A DNA stretch of 64,000 nucleotides from Blastocladiella emersonii ATCC 22665 (Eukaryota > Fungi > Blastocladiomycota). The stretch spans positions 992,001-1,056,000 of the forward strand of contig JANHCV010000004.1 in the NCBI GenBank assembly GCA_025594325.1, read 5' to 3'. Positions 35,679-47,762 of this stretch are shown one piece after another; within the stretch, counting starts at the first letter, position 1; each line of letters starts with the position of its first letter. A program made the position numbers and the translations under genes. Under the pieces are notes generated by a model. It worked only from the letters and a program-made list of their open reading frames with translations. It was not told the origin of the DNA and did not search any database.

Positions 35679-38600
35679 TTACAGGCCGTCACCATCACCG
35701 CCGCAACCGCCGCGGCCGGTGAACGACTCGAGCCCGTTCGGGAACAGCGCCGCGAGCGCGTCCGCGTCGCCGACGCCGGCCTCGGCCATGACTACGTCGC
35801 CGTCGCTCGGCCGCGAGGGCGGGTACATGGCCGCAGTCACTTCGTTGAGCAGCGAGCCCTGCGACGCGTCGCTCGGCACCGAGGCCGCGAGCGACGCGAC
35901 CGTCGCTGCAGCGGCCGCCGCCGCCGTGGCCGACACCGCGTCGAACATCGGGTGCGACGCGGCCCAGTCGGGTACCTCCATGGGCAGCGGCAGCGGGTCG
36001 CCGTGTGCCGCGGCGATCGCGGCCGCCGCGAGCTCGGCGAGGAGGTCGTCGCTGATGGACACGGGAGCGGCGGGTGCGGGATCGACGACAACGGGCTCGC
36101 CGCCGTAGCCGAGACCGGCGGGCGGGGACATTGGCGCCGCGGCGAGCGCGTATCCAGCGGCCGCCGACGCGTAGTCCACTTGCTGCTGCGACTGCGCCTG
36201 CGAGTCGAGGTACGCCTGGACGGCCGCGTTCCCGCCGAGCGCGAGCAGGTCGTACGCGGCGAAATGGTCGACGCCGAACGCCGGGTACGTGAGCGACCGC
36301 GACCGCAGCGAGTTGCCCGCGTTCGCCGCCGCCGCGGCAGCTGCTGCTGCCATGGCCGAAAACGACGACGCCGAGGCCGAGCCCGAGTGGTACCGCGTGC
36401 GGCCCACCGCGGGCGGCGCGAACACGTTGACGGTGGGCGTGGGCGGCGGCGGGAGCGCGAGGTCCTGCAGCGACCACGACCGGGCGTACGCGAGGCCCGA
36501 CGACGCATCGACGGACGCTGCAGCCGCGGCGGCGGCGGCGGTCATGGCCGCTTGTTGCTGCTGCTGGTGCTCGTGGTCGAGCTGCGCGGCGAGCGCCGCC
36601 GAAATGTCCATGTCCGAGACCATGTACATGCCCGAGTCGCCGCGGACATGGGTCGCGCGGCCGCGGCTTGCCATGGCGGGCGTCAGGTGCGGCCCATGGA
36701 CCGACGCGGACGCGGCCTGGAGCAGCTGCTGGTACGACGCGGCCGCCGCCGCGGTCGTATCGGGCGCCGCGAGACCGGGCGGCACGACGACCTGCGCCCA
36801 CTCGGGCGTCTCGACGTCCATGTCGACGTGCTGCTGCTGCGACAGGTCGTGCGCGGGGGTCGGGAACGCGTGCGCGGCGGCCGCGGCGACCGACGACGAG
36901 CTGCTGTGGAACAGCGACACGTGCGACCCGCCGGCGCCGTAGGACGATGAGGACGGCAGCGGCGACGCGGCGCGCGGGAGCATGAAGGCGGCGGACCCGG
37001 GGCGGCACGGCGTCGAGATGCCCGACGACGGCTGCGACGACGAGATGCCGTGGTCCATGAGCGACACGCCGGCCCACTCGGGCACCATGTTGAAGATGCG
37101 CGCCTCCTCGGACATGACGAGGCCGTATGGGTCCTCGTTCGGCGCTTGTGCTGGCGCGGCGTGTGCGTGGGCGTGCGACGCGAGCTCGGACCACGCGGAC
37201 TCGGCGTCGGGCGACGCGGGCCGCGGGTCGTCGTGCGGGATGACCGGGTCGACGGCCATGGCGGTCGTCGGGTCTGCGTCGTGGGTTTCGTCGGTCGTCG
37301 TCGAGCCCATGTCGAGTAGTAGGAGCGGGTCGTCGCGCGGTGGTGCGCCGTCGTCGGTCTCGGCCTCAACCTCGGCGCGCTCGCGGCGGCGCGATGGCCG
37401 GACGCGGCGAGCGGGAGCAGCGGCCGCAGGCGGAGCCGGAGCGGGCGCGGCCGCAGCGGTCATGGCGGCCGCGCTCTCGGCCGGGACGGCAATGACCTCG
37501 GTGCAGCGCAGGTTCTACGTCGGGAGGAGGACGGCGAGGGTCAGTGATCCGGTCCGTGGAACGAGGACGAGTGAGACGCTACGGACCCACTTGTGGAGGA
37601 TCTTGTCCATGGCGTCCTGCAGGACCGACCACTTGAAGACCTAGGCGCACGGGCGAACGAGGAGCGTCAGCACCGATCGGCCCACCCACCACCTCGCGAA
37701 CCGTACCTTGATATCCTTCTCGATGTTGCGCGGCTTGGGATCACCGAATTGCATGACAGTGCGGAAAAAGTCGGACGAGTCGGCGCGGGCCTTGGTGACG
37801 GTGACGGGTCGGAACGTCTCCATGTTGCGCCGGATACGGTTCTTCTCCTCGACCTTGAACACGACGCCGAGCAGCCGCTCCATGGCGAGGATGAAGTCGA
37901 CCGACGTCACGTAGAAGTCGTCCATGCGCTCCCAGTAGATGCACGACAGCGTGACGAGGTCGCCCGCCGCGTTGGCCGCGTGGTCGAAGTCGGCCGCCGC
38001 CACCACCGTCCAGCGCACCGCGATCCGGCCCTCGCCGCGCCGCCGGTCCGGGAACAGACACACGATGCGCCGCTTGGTCCGCGCCTGCTCCTCGGGCGTC
38101 CACCCCTCGAGCACCGCGCCGAGACCCGTCGCGAAATCGAGCCGCCACTGCAACCGCACCGCGACCATGCCCGGCTCGAGGTCGCGCGCGAGCTCGGCGG
38201 CGGCGGCGGCCGCGGTCGCCGCGGCCTGCGTCTCGGCCGACGACTCCTGCTGCGACCCGGACGACCGCTCGAGGCTCGACGTGTGCGCGGCCGAGGCCGA
38301 CCCGGACTCGGGGTCGTCGGTCGACGACGCGCCGCCGTCGGTACCCTGACCGCTGCTGCGGCGGCGCCGGCTACGCGGCGCACGGGCCCGCGCCGGTGCT
38401 GCTGGCGGTGGCGGCGGCGGTGCGGCCGAGGACGACGACGAGAGGTCGAGCTCGAGCGCGAGGTCGGCAGCCGCGGTACACGCGGTGCGGCGGGCGCGCG
38501 GGCGGCGCGTGGTGTCCTTGCGGCCGCCGCCGCGGCGCTTGCTCGAGAAGGAAGAGGAGGCGGCGTGGTCGTAGTCCTCGTCGTCGTCGCTGTCGTCCTC

Positions 38601-39514
38601 GATGTCGGCGTCCGTCAGTCGGAACTCTTCCTCGTCGTCATCGTCCGAGGACTCGTCCGACTCGAGGCCGGGCAGGTCCGGGTCGTCGTCGAGGTAGACG
38701 CGCGTCGAGGCGGCGGCCGTGGGCGCGGCCGACGACGGCACGAGGCGCCGGCGGTAGTGGCCGTCGGACGCGGGTGCTGGTGGTGCAGGGGCGGGCGTCG
38801 GCGCGGCGGCGACCGAGTAGTCGACGCTGGGGACGAGGCCGGTCGGGAGATAGTCAAAGAGGTCGAACAGGGCGGCGTCGTCGGCGTCGCCGTGGCCGGC
38901 AGGCGGGGAGTTGAGGGCGAGAGACGGCGGTGGTGGAGCAGGCGCGCGGTGGAGGCCCGACGAGGACGACGACAGGTCGGGCGAGGGCGGGGCCGAAGAC
39001 AGCACCGACTCCTGGTCGACGGCAGCGGCCGCGGTGGCCGTGGTCGGCTCGTGGAAGATGGCCATGGGGCTACAATGTCGGAGGTGAGACATGGTGGCCA
39101 TGGACACAGTCGGTCGTTCGTGCAAACGGGTGACACGTACTCTTCATCGACAACGAGAGCAGCCGAGTCGACCGCGGGCGGGGGCGTTGCGAGCATGGCC
39201 GAGAGGCGCGACGCGGAGATGGGTCGGTGGAGCGGGCGGAACGAGGAGGCCCTTGGCGAGCGCGACCGTGAGCGGGACCGGGACCGCGACCCCGACTTGG
39301 CGGACGCGGAGGCCGTCGAGTGCGACCGCGGGCGCGGCGGCCACGCGACGCCGTAGGGGCGGGCGCGGACCAGCGAGCGGCCGTGGCGGCGGTGCAGGAT
39401 GGCGGCGCAGTCGTAGACAGGCGGGTTGGTCTCGAGCAGGCTCGACGAGGCGCTGGTCGGGCGCGATCGGTCGAGGTCGCGGTGCGCGAGGGTCGAGGTG
39501 GTGGCGGCCGACAT
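35679..39514 (-). CDS. MedA (Medusa)-like developmental regulator (conserved KNRIRRN..KPRNIEKD domain)
   Basis: SCIYWE..YVTSVDFILAMERL..FKVEEKNRIRRNMETFRPVTVTKAR..FFRTVMQF..PKPRNIEKDIKVFKW, recalled as the MedA/Acr1/Ren1 core. Four exons joined in frame by GT-AG introns; low-complexity flanks. Confidence 0.75.
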
Positions 39515-41832
39515 GGGGAGGGCGATCTAGGACAGTGTAAGTGCGGCGGACGTTGGTCAGCGAGGCCGGCGGATCGGACACGGACGCGCGCGCGTCGAGA
39601 GCGTACCGGTCAAGCGAAGAAGTCCTTGGCGACGGTGGAACGGCGGGTGGAAGAATCGCGTCGAGGGGAGACAAGAGCGGGCGAGCGAGCGCGGTGGGCG
39701 CAGCAGCAGAGGAAAGGTGGAAGAGGAGGGTGCAAAGCGAGCAGCGGAGCGGAACAGCGATAACAAAAAGGGGTGGTGTGGGCGCGACGGCGGTGGCGAG
39801 GTGCGTGCGTGGGTGCGAGGACGAGCGCCGCGCAGCGTGGCGGGAGCGGGTGGTGGCGGCGGCGGTGGCCGATACGGCGTCTGGGACGAGGAGCGCGGAG
39901 CGTGGCCGGTGGCCGGGGGCGAGAGCGAGAGAGGGCGTGAAACCTTGGCGAGCGGCGGGCGGGCGCGACGGCAGCAGCACGACTTGGCGTGCGCAGCAGG
40001 AGCAGCCGTCGACGTGGCGGGCGGGCGCGACGCGTCGAAGGCGGGCGGGAGATGCCGATCGGGCGCGCGCGGGAGAATCACACGGCGGCGGCGCCAACGG
40101 AGGACGCGATAGCGGTGACGGGGAGTGACGCGGCACGGCGCGACGCGTCGAAGAGGACGGGCTCGAGTGACGTCGGCGGTGGCGTGATGGCGGCGGTGAT
40201 GAGACCCGCGAGGCGGCCGCGGCGCGCGCGAAACGGCAAGTGGGAGACGCGCGGGCGGTGGCCGAGGTCGTGGGAGTGTGGCGCAGCACGGGGGCGGAGA
40301 CGCGCGAGCAGCGGGTGATGAGACACGGCCGAGGAGCGCGGGGCACGCGCGCGGTCGGTCGGTCGGCGGTCGAGTCGAAGGCAGCGTGTGCGCGACAGCA
40401 GCAGGATCGAGCAGGTCGACGTCGACAAGGAGGAGGAGGAGGAGGAGCAGAGAGGATTTCGCAGGTAGCAGTGATCGAGGCCGACGGCGACGCGAGGAAG
40501 AGGAGCAGGCCGCAGCGGCCGCGCGCGGGGTCTCAGCGGTCTTATACGCGTCCGCGGACGAGTGACGCACAGTGCGGGAGAACAAGGGACGCGCGCGCGT
40601 GCGTGCGGGGTCACCAGCTGGCAGCGGACAGGGCGGGAGGGTGGTGAAAGATGGGAGGGGAGGGGAAAAGACGCGTCGCGAGTGTGGCGCAGCGCGCGGG
40701 CCGTGACCCTGACGTCACACCGCGTCGAGAGGAGAGCGTGAAAGAGTCGCGAACCGGCGGCCGGGCCCGGCCACAGCACCGGCGCGTCGTCGGGGGAGAT
40801 GAGACCGCGAGTCCGCGCGCGTGCGTGTGCGTGAGATCTGCCACGATGAGGAGGGAGTCTTCGCGACGCGGTCGCTGGACAGGTGAGCGACGCGCGTGAA
40901 CGACGGGGTGTGCATGGCGTCGTCACCGGCGGTGCGTGGGCGCGGAACAAGGGAGGGCGGCGGGCGGCGGCAGCATGGGCGTGGCGAGGTGCGGCGACGC
41001 ATCACGCGGCAGCGGCAGCGCGGCGTACGGCGCGACGCGTGGGCGCCGGACGCGAAGATGGCGGTGAAACAGGCAGCGCGGGCTTCGGCGGTCCGGGCCG
41101 GCGAGGGGGCCCGCGGCGCGGCCGGTGCATCGGGCACGCGCGATCCGCCCGCCCCCGGCGACGATTGCGCCCGTGTTCGGCATGGGCGATTGGCGCGTGC
41201 GACCCGGGTGGCGGGCCGATACGAGAGCCGGGAGCGGGCGGCAGCGCCGCGCGAGCTGCGCGAGCCGTCCAGGCCCCGCTGCATCGTGATCTCGGTCGGC
41301 GGTCGCGCGGGCACGCCCATGCGGGGTGGTGGCGGGGAGATCGGGCCGAGCATAGCGTCGCTGCGATTGCGCGCGCGCACCACGCCCGACGCGATTCGCT
41401 GCATCTGCTGCGCGCGGAGGCGCACAAGGCAGCCGGTCTGATCACGGCTCCGCGCTAGCTCCAGATCGCATCGGTGTGGCGCGCGGCACAGGCATACGAG
41501 GCGGCGCGGTCGAGGCCTGGGGCCGCGGGGCCGCGCGCCCAGCCTGCTCCAGCTCGCTGCGAGCGGGTTGCACCGAGTGCGAGCGGGTCACGCTGCCATT
41601 GCATCCATCTGACGTGGGATTCATCGCGCGGTGGGCCGTGTGGGTGGCTCAAACCGCTCAAAATGTCTCGCGCCGCGCCTTGCGACGCCGCCCACGTGGC
41701 CCGTGTGCGCCGACCGCCGCCACGCCGCCGCCGTTCGTCGCCACCTCGACGCGTTCGTTTGCTCCCTCACCTCGTTGCCTTCCACCAAGGCCACACGCAC
41801 ACACACCCAGCAACGTATCAACAACCACAACC

Positions 41833-43301
41833 ATGGCGCAGCAGCCGCAGCACCCGTACAAGGCCGTGATCCTGGTCGGCGGCCCGTCGCGCGGCACGCG
41901 GTTCCGCCCGCTGTCGCTCAACTGCCCGAAGCCGCTGTTCCCGATCGCGGGGCAGCCGCTGCTGTACCACCACCTGGCCGCGCTGGCCGAGGTGCCCGGC
42001 CTCAAGGACGTGTACATTGTCGGCTTCTTCGAGGACGCCGTCTTCGCGCCGTTCCTCGACCGCGTCGCCGTCGACCTGCCCTCCATCAACGTGCGGTACC
42101 TGCGCGAGTACCAGGCGCTCGGCACCGCCGGCGGCCTGTTCCACTTCCGCGACGAGATCCTGCGCGGCAGCCCGCGCAAGCTGTTTGTCCTGCACTCGGA
42201 CATCTGCACCGGCACCCCGCTGCACGCCATGCTGACCTTCCACGCCGACCGCGAGGCCGACGCGCGCACCCAGGGCAAGCCCGCGCCCCTGTGCACGGTC
42301 CTCACTGCGCGCGTGTCCCGCGAGACGACCCAGCGGTACGGGTGCGTCGTGGCCGGCGACGCCGGCGAGGTCCTCCACTACGTCGAGAAGCCCGAGTTCT
42401 TCATCTCGGACCTCATCAACGGCGGCGTCTACCTGTTCGACGCCGCCATCTTCGGGGTGCTCGAGGAGATCCGCAACGCCAAGGCCGCTGCCGCGACGGC
42501 CGCCGCCGCCGCCTCGTTCTCGGCGTCCACCGACTCGCTCGTGCCCCTCGCCACCGACGCCGCCGAGCTCGACGGCAAGCTGCGTCTCGAGCTCGACGTG
42601 CTCCGCGGCCTCGCCGGCACCGGCAAGCTGTTCGCCTACGAGACCAACGAGTTCTGGACCCAGATGAAGACCGCCACGTACGCTCTCCTTGACTCACTGA
42701 TCCACTCTACGCCGACTCGCTCTGACACCCGCTTGCCCCACAGCTCGGCCGTCCTCGTCAACTCGCTCGTCCTGCAGCACAACAAGCGCAAGCGGTCGGC
42801 CTCGGTCGTCGCCGAGACCATGCGGGGCCCGCAGATCGTGGGCGCCGTCTCCATCCACCGGTCCGCGCAGATCCACCCGTCCGCCAAGATCGGGCCCAAC
42901 GTGTCCATTGGCCCGCGCGCCATCATCGGGCCGGGCGTCCGCGTCAAGGAGGCCATCATCCTCGACGGCGTCGAGCTCAAGGCCAACGCCTGCGTCCTCT
43001 ACTCGGTCGTCGGGTGGAACTCCAAGGTCGGCACCTGGTCCCGCATCGAGGGCACGCCGCAGGACGCCGGGATCGCCCACAAGCTCATGCAGAACGGGCA
43101 GAAGACGCAGGCGGCGACGGTCATTGGTACGATCTCTGCTGACGCTGCTACCGCTGCTCGGCTCCGCTTCGTGTTGCTGACGTTGTGCGTTGACGGACAG
43201 GCCACGAGGTGTCCATCGCCGACGAGGTCATCATCCGCAACTGCCTCGTGCTGCCACACAAGGACCTCAAGTCCTCGTACCACAATGACATTCTCATGTA
43301 A
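41833..43301 (+). CDS. GMPPA: Mannose-1-phosphate guanylyltransferase alpha (regulatory) subunit
   Basis: VILVGGPSRGTRFRPLS..PKPLFPIAG, YLREYQALGTAGGLFHFRD, HYVEKPE, C-terminal hexapeptide beta-helix. Two introns; TAA at 43299-43301. Confidence 0.93.
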
Positions 43302-43367
43302 CCAGCCCCACCCCTTCCTTTGCATCCGAATCTTGCCTATATTACAACACTCTTCATCCCTCCTCAC

Positions 43368-46300
43368 TCACCAGTTGTGGAACCACGGCTTCCGCTTGGT
43401 CTCGAGAATCACGTTCCGCGCGCGCCGCACCCCGGCCCGCACCTTGCGCTTGCCCTTGTCCCACATGGCCTTGACGCGGTCACCGAGGTCCGGGTCCTCG
43501 CCCGGCCCGTACACCTGCCCGTGGCCGTGCGGTTTCCACCCGGCGGGCCCACCCGCGCGACGAGACGACGACGCGCCGCCGCTCGACGCGGTCCGCCCGC
43601 GCGCGCGCCCGCGGTCGCTCTTGGCGCGCGGATTGTTATTGGGGGATGATGCGAGCGGGCCGACGCGCGAGTGGCTGCTGCTGCTGCCGGCGCCACCTGC
43701 GCGGGAACAGGATGCGGAGCGCCACCGCCGGTTGCCGTCGGCGTCGTACCCGTCATCGTCCTCACAATCGTCCTCATCGTCGTCGTCGTCGTCGTCGTCC
43801 GTGTACGCGCCGCGCGGGGACCCGCGGCCTCCGCCGCCGCCGCCGCCCTCGGCCGAGTGCGCGGACGCGGCATCCCACTGGTCGATCCACTCGCCGGCGA
43901 CGTGGAAGTGGTCGTCGAGCCCCGCGGTGCTGCCCGCGGTACCCGCGAGTGAGCTGCCGGGCCTCGCGTACCCGCCGGCGCCCGTCGCGCCGCGTCCGGC
44001 GGCGGTGCGTAGCCCGTTGGCGACCTGCGAGACGCGGTCGGGTCCGAGCGGGAGCGACTGCGAGGTCCCACCTCGGGCGCGCGACGACAGGCTAGCGCGG
44101 GGCGACGGCATGACGGGCTGGCGGACGACGATGATCGGGGTGCGGAACCAGAGGTCCCAGGGGGACCCGCGCGCGTCGAGGCACTTGAGCAGGTTGTACA
44201 TTTGGCCGCGGATCACGGCCATCTGCGCCTCGAAGATGTCCGGGTCGAACGCCTCGTCGACCGAGAACAGCTCGTACAGGTCGGTGCGCGTGACGGCCCA
44301 CCACCGCGGGTCGCGCAGCAGGCGGGCGACATACTCGCGCAGGGCCGGCTGGAAGGGCAACTTTGCGATGGACAGGTACAGCCAGCCGTACGGGTAGCTC
44401 CGCCACTTGTCCGGGTGCTTAAACGGGAACGCGAGCCCGTGGTCGATGGCGGCGACCTGCAGCCGCCCGTTGGTGAACTTGATCATCCAGTTGTCGAGCC
44501 CGCGGTCCGTGTTGCGCATCAGGTAGTCGAGCACCGCCAGGCGCTGGAACTGGTCCACGAACGAGTCGTACGTCGCCGCGTCCCAGATCCCCTCGTACCC
44601 GCCGTCGTTGGGGACGCCGAGCATCGCCGTCGCCGGGCTCGGGAGCGCCGGCTCGTCCTCGTGGTGGTGGTGGAGCGGCGGCATGTCGATGCGCGTGTCG
44701 GCCCGCCGGCTCGCGGCGGTCCCGCGCGGCGGCGTCGTGCTGGCGGCGGGCCCGAGCAGCGCCTCGGTCGACGACGCCATGTGCTCGTCGCGGCTCTGCG
44801 AGAGGTCCTCGGACGGCGTGGGGAGGAACGGGGCCGACGACGCGGACTCGGGCGACGCGCCGGCCGCGGCCCGCGTATCGTCCTCCTCGACCTCCACGTC
44901 CTCGCGCAGCGACGCCCACACGGCGGACCCGGGCGGCGGGTCGGCGGGGAGCGGGTGCAGCTTGAAGAAGATGGATGCGTCCTTGAACCCGCGCAGGAAC
45001 AGCTGGAAGCTGCCCATCTTGAGCGGGAGCGCGTTCGGGTGGCGCCGGTGCTTCTTGCGGTAGTGGAATGCGGGCGAGGATAGCGTCACGACCTTGGTCA
45101 GGGGCACGATGCCGAACCCCAGGCGCCGGTCGAGCAGCGACGCGCCCGCCTCGGACAGGTACCCGACGTTCGGGATCAGGCAGCTCCGCCCGAAGCAGCA
45201 GAAAAAGACGTTGCGGTGGATCCACTTCATCCATTTCGGGTTCCTAGACGTCGCAGCGGTGTCAGTCGTGTGGTCGCCGGGCGGAGGTGGTAGAGAAAGA
45301 ACGTACAGCTCGCCATACGGCTCCTCGTCCTTGGGCTTGTGGACGCCGAGGATCTGGCCGTCCGTGTTGCGGCAAAAGTAGGACCCAGACGACCCCTGGC
45401 CGATGCGCATGGGCTGCGCGTCCTCCTGGATCGCGTCGCGCACCGCGTCGACGATCGCGTCAAACTCGGCGTCCGACACCGGGTCGAGGCACGGCGGCAG
45501 CAGCGCACGCGCACCCGTCGCGCTGGCCGGGAGAACCGCGGTTGAGACGGGCGGTGGCGGCGGGCGGTTCACGGCGCTCAGCACGCGCTGCTGCGGGCTC
45601 GACGACGACGCGTGGTGGTCGCTCGAGATCCACGACGGGATCGGCGGGACCGGCGGGATCCCCGGGTCGCCGCCGTACCCCGCGAGGCGCGGCGGGGTCG
45701 ACGGGCGCGACGAGGGCGCGGACCCACCGCTGCTGCCGCGACGCTGCGGCGAGCCAAGCGACGGCATCCCGGCGGCAAACTCCGTGGGCAGCGCCGTGGT
45801 CTCGACCGACACCTCCATGAGCACGCGCGCCGAATGCCGGCTCAGCGTGTCGGCGGGGCTCGCGAACAGGTCGATCTGGGCGTGCGGGCGGCCGTGCGCC
45901 GACGCGCTGCGCTCGCGGCGCGGCGCGATCGTCGTGGCCGCGGACGCACTGCGCTGCCCGCCGCCAATGTCGCCGCCGCTGTCCGAGAGCAGCGACTCGG
46001 AGTGCGGCAGGAACGGGTCCGACGGTAACTCGGAGGCGAACGGGAGCAGCGGGTCGGCGAGCGGGAGCGCGTCGGGGACCGGCGCCGACACGACGTCGAG
46101 CGGCGACCGGACGACCGAGTCGGTGCTGCCATGTTGGGGCGGTGGCTGTTGTGGAAGCGACCCGCTGCCGCCGCCTGAGGTGGCGACGAAGCCGGTGCTG
46201 CCCGACAGGCCGAGGGCGTCGAGCTGGGTCTCGGAACGCGTCAGGTGGTTGTCGACGAACGGCAGCGAGCTCGACGAGGTGTAGGGGAGGGCGAGGCTGT

Positions 46301-46577
46301 CGCCTAGCGCCTACGGATGCAGTGGAGGGTTAGCGGGCGGTGCGAGGTGGCGGAGCGGGCCGCGGGCGTACAGCCAGGCCAACGTTGTCGGTCTCCTCAT
46401 CTTGAGAGTTGGTGTCTGAGACGGACGCGACCTGGAAGCGCGCTCAAGGAGATCAGTGATCACTCTCGCGAGCGATGCAGGAGCAGAGGGCTGTACCGAG
46501 GACGGGACGCTCGAGTCGGTGGAGAGCGACATGGTGGACGGCTGTGCCCGCGCAGGGCGGTCGCCTGGAGAGGACAT
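43368..46577 (-). CDS. LSB6: Phosphatidylinositol 4-kinase type II
   Basis: IGQGSSGSYF, KPKDEEPYG, GYLSEAGASLLD, K.GSFQLFL, LDYLMRNTDRGLDNW, AAIDHGLAFP, WRSYPYGWL. Three introns modelled. Confidence 0.93.
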
Positions 46578-47013
46578 GCGGGTCGCTCGGTTCGCGTGTG
46601 TGTGGTTCGAGAAGCGGAGAATACAAGAGGGTGGTGGAGGGCAGCTGGCGGGACTCGGGCGTCTCCCTCGCTGGTGGGATACACGAGGTGGTCGACGCGC
46701 GCGTGCGTCGGAACTCGTCGGGAGGATCGGTTGCGGCCTCAGGGAGCGAGTGCCGCCACTGGATGATACATGCGCGGGCAGAGCGGTTGCGCGGAGAGAG
46801 CGGGGGATGGCGAGAGTTGGGCGAGCGCGAAGGCGGCGGGCGGGGCGGCGACGGCGGCAGGCTCACGGCAGCGTGACCGCGACGCGCCGCGTCGATCAGG
46901 CGGGGGCGCCACACTCTCCGCTCCTCATCAGCTTCTCGATCAGGCGGCAGATTGGTCATCAATCGTTGTATACAATGAAGGGCTAACAAAAAGAATGTAC
47001 AGGAGGGGACGAC

Positions 47014-47481
47014 TCAGCGCTTGCCGCCGCCAAAGAGGCTGCCGAGCAGACCCGTGCCAGCAAACGACTGGGCGGCGGTGCGGATCTCCTCGTCCGTGAC
47101 ACCTGCGGCCTTGAGGGCCTCGGCGAGCTTCTCGGTCTTGGCGCGCACGTCCTTGTCCATGAGCACCTGCATCAGCTTGACCGACGGCTTGGTCAGCTCC
47201 TCGGCGCCGACGCCCTTGGCCGCGAGCGCCTCCTGGAACTCGCGCACCGCCTGCACAAACTCGGGCGAGTTCTGCAGCTTGAGCGCCAGGTTCGCCACAA
47301 ACTCCTCCTTGTCGTTCTCGGCCGCGAGTCGCCGCGGCGTCGTCGTGAAGGTGCGCGCGACCGCGACCGCGACCGGGGTCATCTGTGCGGTGGCGGCGGG
47401 CGGGCGCGCGAGCACCGCGCGGGTCGGCACGGCGCGGGCGGTCGCGCGGACGGCGGCGAGTCGGAGTGCGTTCGAGTACAT
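47014..47481 (-). CDS. Small hypothetical protein, probably mitochondrial
   Basis: 155-aa ORF with strong GC3 bias. N-terminus MYSNALRLAAVRATARAVPTRAVLAR..RTFTTTPRRL is Arg/Ala-rich with no acidic residues, like a presequence; helical body follows. Confidence 0.7.
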   Translation of the reverse strand: MYSNALRLAAVRATARAVPTRAVLARPPAATAQMTPVAVAVARTFTTTPRRLAAENDKEEFVANLALKLQNSPEFVQAVREFQEALAAKGVGAEELTKPSVKLMQVLMDKDVRAKTEKLAEALKAAGVTDEEIRTAAQSFAGTGLLGSLFGGGKR

Positions 47482-47762
47482 GGTTTCTCGTTGGACAGAT
47501 TGCACCGAGTCGGGAGCGGCCGCGGCGAGGGGAGATGAGCGCAGCGCGAGCAAAAACACGTTCGCGTTCAGCGAGCATTTGTATCAGGTGACCCGCCCAG
47601 CCATTGCGGCGTGATCTCACACGGCCAGTCAACACCCCTCCTCTTTGTCGTGCTCGCCGCCGCCGCCAGCCGGGAGATCGCCGTCGTCGTCGTGAACGCC
47701 CTTCCGTTCCGCGAGAGTGCCGCACCGCTGCCCCACAGAACCACCTCCTAACCGTCGTCAAG

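Noticed and set aside
42678-45306. Stop-free 3n introns (GMPPA 66 nt, LSB6 63 nt) as regulated in-frame retention
   Set aside because: Common by chance in short GC-rich introns; no further support.
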